A stretch of DNA of 64,000 bases. Source: a virus. The translations under genes were made by a program, and so were the position numbers. The DNA is taken from positions 96,001 through 160,000 of IMG/VR virus record IMGVR_UViG_3300007513_000007, one strand, 5' to 3'. Below the pieces are notes generated by a model. It ran no database searches. It was given only the letters and a program-made list of their open reading frames with translations, and was not told the DNA's origin. The stretch's first letter is position 1, and the number at the start of each line of letters is the position of its first letter. Shown here piece after piece: positions 55,301 to 64,000 of this stretch.

Positions 55301-55869
55301 TTCGAGTTCACCGTGAAAGACGCAAAGGCATCCTCCTCTTCTTCCACAACCCCGTCGGCTACAAGGTCTACGTTGATGCGGCTGTACCCCGTGCCGCCCC
55401 CGCCAGGGGAAGCCGAGGCATAGAAGTTCATCCCCTGGAAACCCACAACGTCTTCGTCCACCTCTGCCGAAATCTCAACGTAGTAGTTGTTCTGGGTGAT
55501 CCTTATGTTGGTGGGGGAAGAAGCAACCACACCAACATCCCTGTCCGAAGACAGCGTGATCAAGGCTTCGATTTCAGTCGTCACGGAGCCGTTCGAGAGG
55601 ATTCCTCGAATCAAGACGGTGTTCACCCCGCTCCTCAACAACAAACCATCCGGCTCATAAGAGGGGTTAGGGATAGTCCACTGGTGACCTGTCAGAAGCA
55701 CAAGGGAAGGGTCAGACGAATAGCCGCTCCCGTTGACAGACACCTGAACATCAACGGTTGTGGTGGGCATCGTGCCCCGGAGGAACTGCCGGTCAATGGT
55801 GGTCGAGTACCGAAGGCTCTCCGCAGGCACCCCATCAGGGCCAACAATCAATGGTTTTGTTTGTGCCAT
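52387..55869 (-). CDS. baseplate J-like protein with N-terminal Ig/FN3-like extension
   Basis: GSVLRDTVIDP, YGMKRRTGKAA..VTF, IPIGTQV, GSNGNVGAGQI, CTN..AFGGEDLESN, SGTAQGY. Confidence 0.88.
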   Translation of the reverse strand: MAQTKPLIVGPDGVPAESLRYSTTIDRQFLRGTMPTTTVDVQVSVNGSGYSSDPSLVLLTGHQWTIPNPSYEPDGLLLRSGVNTVLIRGILSNGSVTTEIEALITLSSDRDVGVVASSPTNIRITQNNYYVEISAEVDEDVVGFQGMNFYASASPGGGGTGYSRINVDLVADGVVEEEEDAFASFTVNSKIAVDNNGTPVADPLYVQTVSVQVDKDGTVEQLDYDETVEVPEIARDILFTGTYSTIREATRYSFNHSRSGSPTSDPATVRIAAFSAIPFEDPLYYAVSAVYYDPLRNLQYESTLSEEVVGRPLKVTGAMISLPAPSKKNIITDFITNIFRTNPQLRVEAGSVLRDTVIDPFASEAERMRFLLDFYHRARTPLLMLQVDDPQGVGTSIPVPHSGYKRGLKQALYYTTDVQVQDLIDSTFDAYGSNYGMKRRTGKAARTEVTFYVKARPTTSVVIPIGTQVMGGASTFATTRSGTIDLGNLASTYNPTKGRYEIEVPVRCSQVGSNGNVGAGQINQLVTNLTADQQIGCTNSGAAFGGEDLESNLAFTTRVLSALASVDSGTAQGYLQTAADTAGVLKAEVVAAGDPLMQRDIGTDGKHHGGKVDVWVQGENTASVTDIFAFSFEIFQDIQFEVLGSSSDYTFRAVDPSLSSSSPIAAMLDYPDLGYELRNISTGEVFDLTGVEVVSYDTIQLSTDVVQPALDLTDVVLGAYRKASANDFVLLRQPVRSITSVVGTVSGTLPEESYKLVRPDAPLFTGRSSLAQAYLSITGYEDGSGNFIPSGDLTDVTDETHVMTGQYVEYVTKLGALYFTLVVTNEDGSIIYRGPDDPSGVSDYSIDPGTQTQALGIRRTSNSAIPSGSTVSLSYSHDENFTVSYTTNLIVSSAQQDLDFSKHATADVLAKEAIPVPVDVSASVILQKGQDRTQVDSLLRTNFANLFGNMRLGNPLRQSDVIQLIENTSGVSYVVVPLTTLLRQEGSQVVRDALSTDASSDSVLLQSLTTNVSVVYIVVQELEAATVDGGGAEGDFKGVFQDEVEISLLQSSESLSTLGLASGQAYLIGSEGRSIQGYSDDATLSAQGYATADSRVARRVELTANRLLVSLPVGESPTEHAYAVTYIVGPDSGPKNIVVNPTSVISQGELTLTYDEDQNV

Positions 55870-57032
55870 CAGTACCCCTGATCCTCGCCAAGACCCGCAG
55901 CGTTGAGGCCAAGGGTCTGTCCATTAGTACCCGCCAAGGCCACCGCTCCGGGCGCGGTGTAGGCTATCGAGAGCCGAATGGGCCTACCCGAAGCGTTTTG
56001 AACGATGACGCTAACCAAAAAGGTGGTTGGATCATCCCCTTCTGCCACGTCAACGCTAACAACGCTGTACAACTGTTCCTGAAGGGTGAGGTTTTGATAC
56101 TCGCGCAACTGCGACTGGACGCTCTTGACTTTCGCAAGACCCTTCTGGACGGATGCCTTGATTGTAAGGGCTGCGTCCCCAAACCTCTTCTGCCCGATGC
56201 TGTCCATAAGCCGGGTCCCATAGTTGGGGTGGAAAGGGTTTGATGCGAGAGAGGTGAGCAACATCTTCAAACAACTCTGGTAGAGGATGTCCTCGTTGTA
56301 GATGAGGACAGGCTGCCCCAAGGCATTGAAGCGGTAGTCATTCTCTACATACGTTGCGTTGCAGCGAGGGCACCTTTCTGGGGTTGAGACATAGCTGATT
56401 TTGAAGGTGCAGTGCCCTTTGATGGGGACTTGGAACACGGGGTATCTGCTAACCGCTGTGAGTGCGTTAGCCAGTTGAGGGCTGGGGTAGGTTTCCCGCT
56501 GCGTATGCAGCTTCCAGGGCGGGTAAAGCATCTTGCCTCGCGCACCTTTTTGAATCTCCCATCCCAAGGCATCCGCACCATCCCCTCCCACACGGAGGAA
56601 TGATTCCGCTCCAATGGAGGCACTATCCAACAACCTTACAGCACCGTTGTAAGAGCCGACGGCCACTACCTCATCTACATTGGCAGATCGGATAGCCTTC
56701 AGAACATCCTTCAAAGATACGTTGTCTCCTTCAGGAAGGCGCACTTCAAAAGACCCTTTGCTTGCCGTGATGGTAAGCAGGTTTGCATCCGGTCCTGACA
56801 AGTTGGAGCAGGTCTGGATTTGGAAGGGGGCGCTCCTGCTTCCAGTGAGAAGGGCTTGGCTGTAAAAGCCAGTGTTGGGGATGTAGTATTTGTCATCCAC
56901 AAGGATCTGGACTGAATCCTGGCTTGCCACAGGCGCTTTCGTCCCTAATGAGCGCCTGTCACGAGACAGGTAGGTAGGCTCTTCAAGGATTAGATGGCTG
57001 CATGGCCAGCCGATTCGGAACTCGTAGGACAC
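55869..57032 (-). CDS. baseplate wedge protein with C-terminal gp25/W-like domain
   Basis: LYQSCLKMLLTSLASNPFHPNYGTRLMDSIG...LYSVVSVDV...FLVSVIV; CPRC; GTG 57032 with SD GGAGG. Confidence 0.8.
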   Translation of the reverse strand: MSYEFRIGWPCSHLILEEPTYLSRDRRSLGTKAPVASQDSVQILVDDKYYIPNTGFYSQALLTGSRSAPFQIQTCSNLSGPDANLLTITASKGSFEVRLPEGDNVSLKDVLKAIRSANVDEVVAVGSYNGAVRLLDSASIGAESFLRVGGDGADALGWEIQKGARGKMLYPPWKLHTQRETYPSPQLANALTAVSRYPVFQVPIKGHCTFKISYVSTPERCPRCNATYVENDYRFNALGQPVLIYNEDILYQSCLKMLLTSLASNPFHPNYGTRLMDSIGQKRFGDAALTIKASVQKGLAKVKSVQSQLREYQNLTLQEQLYSVVSVDVAEGDDPTTFLVSVIVQNASGRPIRLSIAYTAPGAVALAGTNGQTLGLNAAGLGEDQGY

Positions 57033-57055
57033 TGGACCTCCGACGGTCGTCGCCA

Positions 57056-57070
57056 ATAGGCAGGGCACCG
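57056..57070 (-). promoter_or_regulatory. class II motif CGGT-N7-CTAT
   Basis: Plus strand reads ATAG-GCAGGGC-ACCG; 24 nt upstream of GTG 57032 and immediately after the upstream stop. Confidence 0.75.
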
Positions 57071-57071
57071 C

Positions 57072-57923
57072 CTACAAGCTGTTATCCCCTTCCCCATCGG
57101 CGTCGTCCAAAAGCGTCGGGTGAAAGGCAAGACCTTCCGTATTGACGGAATCTTCGTTGGCCGTCACGATGTTTGTGGAATCATCTTCGTCCATCGTGAA
57201 GAAGATGCTATCCATACGGGCAACCAACTGCGCTGTTGTGGCGGTGGGGTCAAACAAGACCTCGGAAAAGGGTAGGTTCCCCACAGCGGTGGCTTGGCCG
57301 CCCGCCTGGGAAAGCCATTCAAGCTCCTCCTGCAACTGCTCGACCAAATCACACTGCTTGAGTATCCGTCGCTCAAGGTCCGTGAACCGATAGGCAAGCT
57401 CCTGTTTGTAAGGCGCACGCAACCTGTGCATGGTGGTGACGTCACCGGGATCTTCGGGAGCAGAAGGACCACCCTTCCGACCCCACTTGTAAAGATCAAC
57501 AGTCGAATCACCTTGCTGGGGTTTGGATGCGTCAAAGGGACCCCACGCAAAAGTGCCGGTTTCCAGGCTCACCAGACCACCACCCGGCTGATTCCTGACG
57601 ATCAACTCATCTTTGGTCGAGAGGCCCGTCCGGGGGTTGAGGAACATGGAGATGTCAAACGGGTTGCCCCCCAAGGAAACGTAAGCCAGCATCAGCTTAC
57701 CTATTGCCGACTGGTTGGAACTCACGGATAGAAGGCGGCGTTGGTTAGTGGCGTGGCCTGCCTCATCCTTGTTCCAGAACAAGTTCACTTCTCCGATCCG
57801 CTCTATCTGTGAACGGATCGCCCTTTCACGGGAAGACAGTTGACGCCGACCCTCCAACGCGAAGGCACGGCACGTCACCCACTGGGTACGCCTAAAGGAT
57901 GCTCCGAAGGCCCAGAACCCCAT
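57072..57923 (-). CDS. hypothetical protein
   Basis: 283-aa ORF with TGATG coupling. Confidence 0.75.
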   Translation of the reverse strand: MGFWAFGASFRRTQWVTCRAFALEGRRQLSSRERAIRSQIERIGEVNLFWNKDEAGHATNQRRLLSVSSNQSAIGKLMLAYVSLGGNPFDISMFLNPRTGLSTKDELIVRNQPGGGLVSLETGTFAWGPFDASKPQQGDSTVDLYKWGRKGGPSAPEDPGDVTTMHRLRAPYKQELAYRFTDLERRILKQCDLVEQLQEELEWLSQAGGQATAVGNLPFSEVLFDPTATTAQLVARMDSIFFTMDEDDSTNIVTANEDSVNTEGLAFHPTLLDDADGEGDNSL

Positions 57924-60664
57924 CAGTCATCTCCCCCGCCACCCATGATGGCAGCGAGAAGCTCCAGGAGGATCAACGGAAGGCCACCAGCCGCAATAAC
58001 CATCCCTCCCCCGTAAGCACTTCTGTCGTCCTCTGGCTTATCCGTAGCCATCACAAGGCCCTGAAGCAGCCCGTCAGTCCCGTTCTCTACCAGGATCAGC
58101 CCCGAGCAGGAGGGGAGGGCGAACATATCGATCATCCTCAAGAGGGACCGGATGTACTGGATGAGCATTTGAAGCTGGTAGATGCGCTTCTGGATGCCTT
58201 CGATATACCGGATGATTTCATCAACCAGTCCCTGGAGGCCATCCAGGATAGCCATGAGGAACCTTTCAATCTTGTCCAGAATCTCGTTCACAGGCGCGAG
58301 AGCTTTGTCGAAGGGGCGTACCGCAATCCAGCCTCCTGCGCTGCTGGGCATCATCCGGCCTTGCATGAACAAGATAGTCTCTGCGCTGTACATGACCTCA
58401 TCTGGGAGCACGTTACAGATGTAGTCAGCCTTGACGCCGCTGGGAGTGCCTCCGTAAACCACGGGGATGGTTGAAGGCGCACTGGACGCCATAGCGTTGA
58501 GTGTTTGGTTGGGGTCTGGAATAAAGAGAGGACCCGGATCAAACTCCAACTCAGTGCCGTCAGCAACTCCCGGCGAAGATGTAAGCGTTCTGGGACGGTC
58601 AGTAGAGGACCATGCTTCCATCCGGTTCGGGTTGTCTGGACCCCAAGGAATCGCCGCCAGATTCCCGGCAACGCCTTTGGCGGCCTCTGTGAACGCCTCC
58701 TTTGCCACGTCGTTGGTTTTCCTCTGATACCCCACGCTCTCCAAGATGGTGTTGGAGGGGTATTTGGAGTCAATATCTGACCACTTGAACTCAAGCAGGT
58801 CCTTGGCCAAGTCCTCAACCACGCTGATAAAGTTTTCAGAGGGGTTGATCCTACGGTAAGCCGCACCTGCCCACGCAATAGCGTTGCGAAGCACTTGTGC
58901 GCGGAAGCCTTTAGGATTCTTTCCCCTGTACAGAGGCATCAGGTAGTTCTTATTTTCTGTGAGCTTCGGCCCAAACCCGCACTTTTGCTGCACCTGCATG
59001 GCAGCATTGCCCAGGGGGTTGATGGCTGCGTATCTGCTTGCGTCATTGAAAGCGTAGGCCGAGTCCGCAGTGAACTCACCCTTCTCCATGCCAGGGAAGT
59101 TGCTTACCAACTGGGCCGTCACGAAAGCGGCGGTGAGGGCTTCGATGTAGGCCATCGAACTGTCGGTTGGAAAGGTAAGCTCTACGGGGGCCGATACGGG
59201 GCCGATGTCCAGAGAAGATGCCCCATCTGGGTTAGGTTCTGGGGCCGATCCTTGGTCTCCTGGGTCCGAGGGAGGTGCCCACCTACCGGGGCCATACGGG
59301 GCAAAGGAGGTAGGCGTATCTGCCCTTGCAAGAGCGTCCTGTGAAAAGTTCCACAACCGATAGTCCTGCTCACCCATCTTCGTGGGGGCGACCATAGGCG
59401 ACGAAGGACTACCCAAATCCTGGTAAACGGACTTGCCCAAAGCACGCACACGAACGTAGTAGGTCGGGTTCTCTGCATCTACCAACTTCACCGTCCCGTC
59501 GGAGTTGGTCTCTACGGTTGCGTGAACGGGCATCTCGGATTTCTTCAACATGATGGTGAAGGTGCCGCCGCCAAGGATTTTACTGATAGCTGTGTTGCTG
59601 ACGAGCCAAGCCTTCCCGAAATAAGTCTTCTCCCCGTCCTTCATCACGCAAGGGGGGATCCACGGATCGTTCGGACTCATCGTAAAAAACATGCAGGTCG
59701 GGGAACCCCCCATCCACGGGGACCCGTCCGGGTCTACGAAGGTGCCGTAAGTGGAGGTGGTATCCGTGCCCTGGTACTCGGTATAGCCGCCCGCCTGAAC
59801 GAGATCCCCAAACCCAACAGTGTCCATCGGGCTGTAGCAACGGAGAAGCCCTCCAGAAGCCGGGTCAAGAGAGTTTGCGAACCACCAACCATCCCCTGTT
59901 GCCTTGGGGTAGCAGCCCAAGGCGGTGAACCCGTCCCGGAAAGTGCTCACTTCGACAAGGAAGGCGCGTGGGGCAGCGTAGCTTGTGCCCGGTAGGCCGC
60001 CCGTAGGGGTAGGCAACGACCAAGATATAACAGCCTCTTCAGGAACCGACCCGCTTCCCGCCAGTGCGTCACCGAGCGCCTTGAAAGCGGCCATTCCAGC
60101 CCCCTCCGTACCATAAGACACTGTGGGGGTGGAGCATCTGGGCAAAGGGTTAGTCTTCGTGGCGGGCATCCCTTTGAAGAAGTTGATGATCTTCATGATG
60201 AGCCGGATCAGGTCATCAATGTCCTGTCCAGAAATGTAGAAGAAGGCAGCCACCGCCGCCGAAGACGAGGACCAGTCGGGACGGTCAGGGTCTGACCGGT
60301 CCACCAGTCGGCTAATCATCCTGGTCTGGTATGCCGTGAAACCGCCCCTCAAGTCCTTGAAGCGGTTGCTGAACTTGAACAGGTGATGGTCTCCGTGGAT
60401 ATACAAGCCCAGTTGTCGAAGATCATTGATGATGTTCCTGATCTCTTCGATGATGGCTTCGATGATGGCGCGGATGGGGTCCAGCAAGCCAATCAAGAAC
60501 GCCTTGATGATGTTCAGGATGAACTGGACAATGTTCAGGATGAGCAGCAGGGCTTCGAGAACCGAATCAATGGCCTCGATGATGGGCCGGATGGGTTCCA
60601 GTAGCTTGCTCAAATCAGGCTGTACTGTAAGCCACCCCGCCTCTCCGCTGCCGCCTTCAGACAT
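57923..60664 (-). CDS. large hypothetical protein with amphipathic/hydrophobic helical termini
   Basis: 913 aa; Ile/Leu-rich helices at both N- and C-termini; baseplate-proximal. Confidence 0.75.
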   Translation of the reverse strand: MSEGGSGEAGWLTVQPDLSKLLEPIRPIIEAIDSVLEALLLILNIVQFILNIIKAFLIGLLDPIRAIIEAIIEEIRNIINDLRQLGLYIHGDHHLFKFSNRFKDLRGGFTAYQTRMISRLVDRSDPDRPDWSSSSAAVAAFFYISGQDIDDLIRLIMKIINFFKGMPATKTNPLPRCSTPTVSYGTEGAGMAAFKALGDALAGSGSVPEEAVISWSLPTPTGGLPGTSYAAPRAFLVEVSTFRDGFTALGCYPKATGDGWWFANSLDPASGGLLRCYSPMDTVGFGDLVQAGGYTEYQGTDTTSTYGTFVDPDGSPWMGGSPTCMFFTMSPNDPWIPPCVMKDGEKTYFGKAWLVSNTAISKILGGGTFTIMLKKSEMPVHATVETNSDGTVKLVDAENPTYYVRVRALGKSVYQDLGSPSSPMVAPTKMGEQDYRLWNFSQDALARADTPTSFAPYGPGRWAPPSDPGDQGSAPEPNPDGASSLDIGPVSAPVELTFPTDSSMAYIEALTAAFVTAQLVSNFPGMEKGEFTADSAYAFNDASRYAAINPLGNAAMQVQQKCGFGPKLTENKNYLMPLYRGKNPKGFRAQVLRNAIAWAGAAYRRINPSENFISVVEDLAKDLLEFKWSDIDSKYPSNTILESVGYQRKTNDVAKEAFTEAAKGVAGNLAAIPWGPDNPNRMEAWSSTDRPRTLTSSPGVADGTELEFDPGPLFIPDPNQTLNAMASSAPSTIPVVYGGTPSGVKADYICNVLPDEVMYSAETILFMQGRMMPSSAGGWIAVRPFDKALAPVNEILDKIERFLMAILDGLQGLVDEIIRYIEGIQKRIYQLQMLIQYIRSLLRMIDMFALPSCSGLILVENGTDGLLQGLVMATDKPEDDRSAYGGGMVIAAGGLPLILLELLAAIMGGGGDD

Positions 60665-60667
60665 AAC

Positions 60668-60904
60668 TCACGCCCCGCCGCCGTTCTTCAGCCTTTGGAG
60701 AGCGATATGTAGCTGGGCCATCTCGGCATGGTCTCGCTCGACCTGCTGCTCAAGAAGCACAGCGACCTTTCCGAGAGCTTCTTTCTGCCTCTCCAGAATA
60801 GGGCTTTTGACTTCTTTTTCCTCAACATCAGTCCAACCCCCGACGTTGATGCCTTTCGAGCGCAGTTGCTCTCGCATCCTTTTGATGTCGTCTTCTACTG
60901 ACAT
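60668..60904 (-). CDS. small coiled-coil protein
   Basis: 78 aa with SD GGAG. Confidence 0.7.
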   Translation of the reverse strand: MSVEDDIKRMREQLRSKGINVGGWTDVEEKEVKSPILERQKEALGKVAVLLEQQVERDHAEMAQLHIALQRLKNGGGA

Positions 60905-60945
60905 TGGCGTCTCCTACCCGAAAGGCCCTACATACACTTTACCGG

Positions 60946-63900
60946 TCACTTGTTCTTGAGGGCTTTCTTCTGCTTCACAAGGATCTTCTCTTTCACCAAC
61001 TTCCGGCCAAGCCGCCTTTCAGCCCTGTCTGCGATTTGAATAGACCCATCCCCCCAATCAGCCCGGAACTGAATCCAGGAGTACCGGATTCCCCGAAAGT
61101 CATCATCATTGGAGAGGACGTCGTCCAAGAGGTCCGGGAGGACCGGGCGGCCTTCCCCGGTAGAGAAGCTGGCATAGAAATCAGGGCCACCGGTCGGCTC
61201 TGAATCAAGTCGCATATCCATGATCCAGAACCTACGGTCCAGCAACGAAAGGCAATCTTGGTTGCTGGCAAAGGGCTGGTACTCGGTCAGCCCTGTCAGG
61301 CTCTTGTACAAAGCGTTGTAGATAAGACCCACTCCGTCAGAGGTGTCTCCCGGAGTTCCCAAATCATCAATGTGTTCGTCCCGCTGGAAAACGTAGTAGG
61401 AGCCGCCTCGGTAGTTGTCCCACCACTCGTGGATTTCTTCGATCCACGACAGCATACGTTCCCGCATGAACAAAACGAGTTCGGCAGCCTCATCCGAAAA
61501 TACGGGGGAGGGCCGGATGATCTTGTATCCAAAGGGGGCGATGCTGTTGTAACGATTGTAGACCCCTCCAGGGAAATCGTAAGGGCGCTTGGCAAAGGAG
61601 GGGTCAGCCGGGTCCTCGACGTAGGAGGTGTGCCGCAACATTTGCTGCCCCTCTTCTCCTGGAACGGGTCCGGGTTCGCCTATCGACCCTTTGACTTGGG
61701 GGAGGACAACGTATCCGTTTGCAGGCGGGTCAGACCCAAAGATCACGTCGCTTGACGAGTCATCGCCACCACCTGCAAACCGGCAAGTACCGTCCACCTG
61801 CAAACGGCCTGTAGTAGAGTCCTCGTCCCCCAATACCCGGTAGAATCCCCGGTTATCATCAAGGATGGCAGGTCCCCCCTGCATCCAAGAGCCATCCAGC
61901 CGCTCCTCAATACTCGTATCCCCCATCGGGCGCTTTGCATACTCGGCGGGGTCGTACAAGCTGGTACGCCTCAAAGGATCTTGCCCTGCGGGGTCGATGA
62001 TAAGGTAGTCACCCTTTTGGACTCCCAGCGCCTCCCATGCGCCAGCCCCTGAAACATCAGAGTCTCGGAGGGTGTTTTCCCTATCCACGAAGCCACCCGT
62101 AGTGTTTACATCGGCGGGGTTGTAAACCACCTCCCTTTCGTAAACCACCTCATCAGTCAGGTACTCCAGAAGTTGCTCGTTAGACTGTTCATGAGGAACC
62201 GGAGCTTGTTGGAGGTAGACCTCAAAGTACGATCCGATGTCCGGGGCTGCGTCACCCCCGGACATGCCGGGATACTTCAGAATCAAGGAGTTGGACGTGA
62301 GGACCCTGTCGATCTCGACAGTCTCCAGCAGGCTTCCATCAGAGTCGATGACGCGAAGCATGTCTCCAGGATGGATGTTTACGGCAGGGTCGTTGAAGTC
62401 GCCCACGTTCGTAGCTGTTCCGTCAGCCCACACACTTGTATCAGCAGTGTAGGTGCGTGTGGCAGCATCATAAGAACTGACCGCACCCCGGCGAATCTCA
62501 TACACCAACTTCAAACGGTCAATATCAGCAACAACCCTGTCTTGGATTTCATGCCACCTGCGAATACGCCGCACAAAGAACGAGGCTCTCTCCGAAGGCA
62601 TAAACGCTGAAGTAAAGTCGCTGCTGTTCCGTGGGCCAATGTTCTCGTAGTCCGTGATGGTGTGGTCAGCGTCCACAACGTGAGGGAAGGACTGAAGCAG
62701 GCTCTTGGCTGTTCTCGGGAAGGACGGCTCCAGGATAAGCCCCGCCACCCCGGAGAAGCCCTTATGGTCCTCTCCGTCATCGGCCAAGTCATCCCCTGTC
62801 CAGAAGAAAAGCCCAGGAAGCACACAGGTGAGGTTGTGGTCGTAAGTGTAGACCGCAGCAGGGTCCACCACCAAAGCACCGGTCAAATCAAACTGAATCT
62901 CGTTCCATTGAGGATCTACCGCATTGTTCTGGATATGGCTGATGTCAATGTAGGTGGCGACCCCTTCAATCTCATTGTCGGCTGCCTCATTGCGCCACAA
63001 AACCGGGGCCTTCAGGTCGGCCTGGAATGTCGCCGGATCAACAGGAACAGGAACCCGGACACCCAACACGGTGTCAACGATGGCCCCCGTGTGGACAATC
63101 TCACTCAAGTCAGAGTCCCACAGCACCACCCGGCCCGTGTTCTCGGGGGAGACATTGGCGGGATCGGGAAGGTTGTTGGTGTTCCGCATGGAAATCCACC
63201 GGAATCCCGCACAAACATTCGCACCGTGCTTGTCGGCAGGGGCACCTTGGAAGTTGTTATCTGGCAGCGACCTGACAACCCCGTGGGAGTCTGTGTAAGT
63301 ACCGAAGGAGCCGATGGGAAGGTACTGCATCCCCGAGAGCTTCTGGCCCACTGCAAGCACGTCCTCAAACATGTCCCAGCTATTGGTAGGGGAGAGAGGG
63401 TCAAGCATGTCCCCCTGCGCGTTTTCGGGGGGATTCAAGACGCCGTACTGGAGGTGGAACTCGGAGTTACCGTCGGCATCCGTGAAGACCCCTGTGTACT
63501 GGACCTTGTACACGCAATCCTTGTCGATCTCATAGCCTGCCGGGAGCAGGACAGAATAAGCCGACTTGAGGACCAGATAAAGCTGCCCCGACGCCGGGAA
63601 CGCATGGCCTGTTGGGGAGTAGTACACCGATGGGAGGGCACCCTTCACAGTGATGGTGAAGGTGCTCCCTGCTGAATCGTGGTCCCACTTGAGGACCGTA
63701 GGGAAGGGAAGCTCCAACCAGCCTTCCTGACCGGCATAGACCCCCTTTGACAGACCTCGGAGGCTGGGAGTTCCTGCGGCATTGTCTGGCTCGAAGGCGT
63801 AGCGAACGACGTAGGTGCCGCTCCTGGTACAACCAAAAAGACGGTTAGTGCCCGAGTCCCAAACGCCAGGGACTACAACAATATCCCCTGATTGAACCTC

Positions 63901-63999
63901 TCCCACAGACCCAGCCAAAATACTCGCGCCTGTGTTTAGGATGTAAGACCTTGCCCCTTGGTAAGCCGCGTCTGTGAAGTCGTGCTCATAGTCGTAGAA
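60946..63999 (-). CDS. large virion structural protein, partial (5' end beyond the window)
   Basis: Frame stays open from 63918 to the window edge (FYDYEHDFTDAAYQGARSYILNTGASILAGSV...), so the track's TTG start is internal. Confidence 0.75.
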   Translation of the reverse strand, partial: FYDYEHDFTDAAYQGARSYILNTGASILAGSVGEVQSGDIVVVPGVWDSGTNRLFGCTRSGTYVVRYAFEPDNAAGTPSLRGLSKGVYAGQEGWLELPFPTVLKWDHDSAGSTFTITVKGALPSVYYSPTGHAFPASGQLYLVLKSAYSVLLPAGYEIDKDCVYKVQYTGVFTDADGNSEFHLQYGVLNPPENAQGDMLDPLSPTNSWDMFEDVLAVGQKLSGMQYLPIGSFGTYTDSHGVVRSLPDNNFQGAPADKHGANVCAGFRWISMRNTNNLPDPANVSPENTGRVVLWDSDLSEIVHTGAIVDTVLGVRVPVPVDPATFQADLKAPVLWRNEAADNEIEGVATYIDISHIQNNAVDPQWNEIQFDLTGALVVDPAAVYTYDHNLTCVLPGLFFWTGDDLADDGEDHKGFSGVAGLILEPSFPRTAKSLLQSFPHVVDADHTITDYENIGPRNSSDFTSAFMPSERASFFVRRIRRWHEIQDRVVADIDRLKLVYEIRRGAVSSYDAATRTYTADTSVWADGTATNVGDFNDPAVNIHPGDMLRVIDSDGSLLETVEIDRVLTSNSLILKYPGMSGGDAAPDIGSYFEVYLQQAPVPHEQSNEQLLEYLTDEVVYEREVVYNPADVNTTGGFVDRENTLRDSDVSGAGAWEALGVQKGDYLIIDPAGQDPLRRTSLYDPAEYAKRPMGDTSIEERLDGSWMQGGPAILDDNRGFYRVLGDEDSTTGRLQVDGTCRFAGGGDDSSSDVIFGSDPPANGYVVLPQVKGSIGEPGPVPGEEGQQMLRHTSYVEDPADPSFAKRPYDFPGGVYNRYNSIAPFGYKIIRPSPVFSDEAAELVLFMRERMLSWIEEIHEWWDNYRGGSYYVFQRDEHIDDLGTPGDTSDGVGLIYNALYKSLTGLTEYQPFASNQDCLSLLDRRFWIMDMRLDSEPTGGPDFYASFSTGEGRPVLPDLLDDVLSNDDDFRGIRYSWIQFRADWGDGSIQIADRAERRLGRKLVKEKILVKQKKALKNK

Positions 64000-64000
64000 C

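Noticed and set aside
59680-59711. Intragenic GGGGGTTCC matches (also near 28276-28284 and 55274)
   Set aside because: No CGTA at 16 nt; inside coding sequence
786-63675. Numerous long plus-strand ORFs antisense to real genes (e.g. 3093-4181, 9889-10722, 14221-15453, 45566-46594, 62662-63675)
   Set aside because: They lie wholly opposite motif-bearing genes, lack SD sites and recognisable domains, and are expected shadows of GC-rich codon bias
1-64000. CRISPR array, tRNA/rRNA genes, diversity-generating retroelement, alternative genetic code
   Set aside because: No spacer-repeat array, cloverleaf, reverse transcriptase or near-identical TR/VR pair was seen by eye; very long ORFs read through in the standard code and end in all three stop codons

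Overview
A 64-kb slice of a large contractile-tailed (myovirus-like, probably jumbo) dsDNA phage genome in the standard genetic code. Almost all genes are on the minus strand. Positions 1-12.4 kb hold a tightly coupled replication cluster: SWIM zinc-finger protein, family A DNA polymerase with three insertions, stand-alone CHC2 primase zinc finger, DNA-methylase middle fragment, DnaB-like helicase, degenerate DnaC-like loader, SNF2 ATPase, and a degenerate M15/peptidoglycan-binding protein. Positions 13-64 kb hold a virion module: two paralogous giant structural proteins, a ~2,000-aa beta-helix spike, a SAM methyltransferase, fibre and decoration-like proteins, a holin-like protein, and baseplate gpI-, gpJ- and gp25-like proteins. 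The most striking structure is regulatory. A compact motif CGGT-N7-CTAT precedes minus-strand genes at 7 exact and 2 near-exact sites. A second bipartite motif, GGGGGTTCC-N16-CGTA, occurs 4 times on the plus strand, each time back-to-back with a copy of the first. It drives the only plus-strand units: two genes that appear to share a C-terminal module, a 4-gene HNH island, and an ORF-less structured ~240-nt unit ending in a terminator (candidate ncRNA). I recognised no tRNA, rRNA, CRISPR array, integrase or transposase. All domain calls are by-eye motif recognition; no database searches were run.
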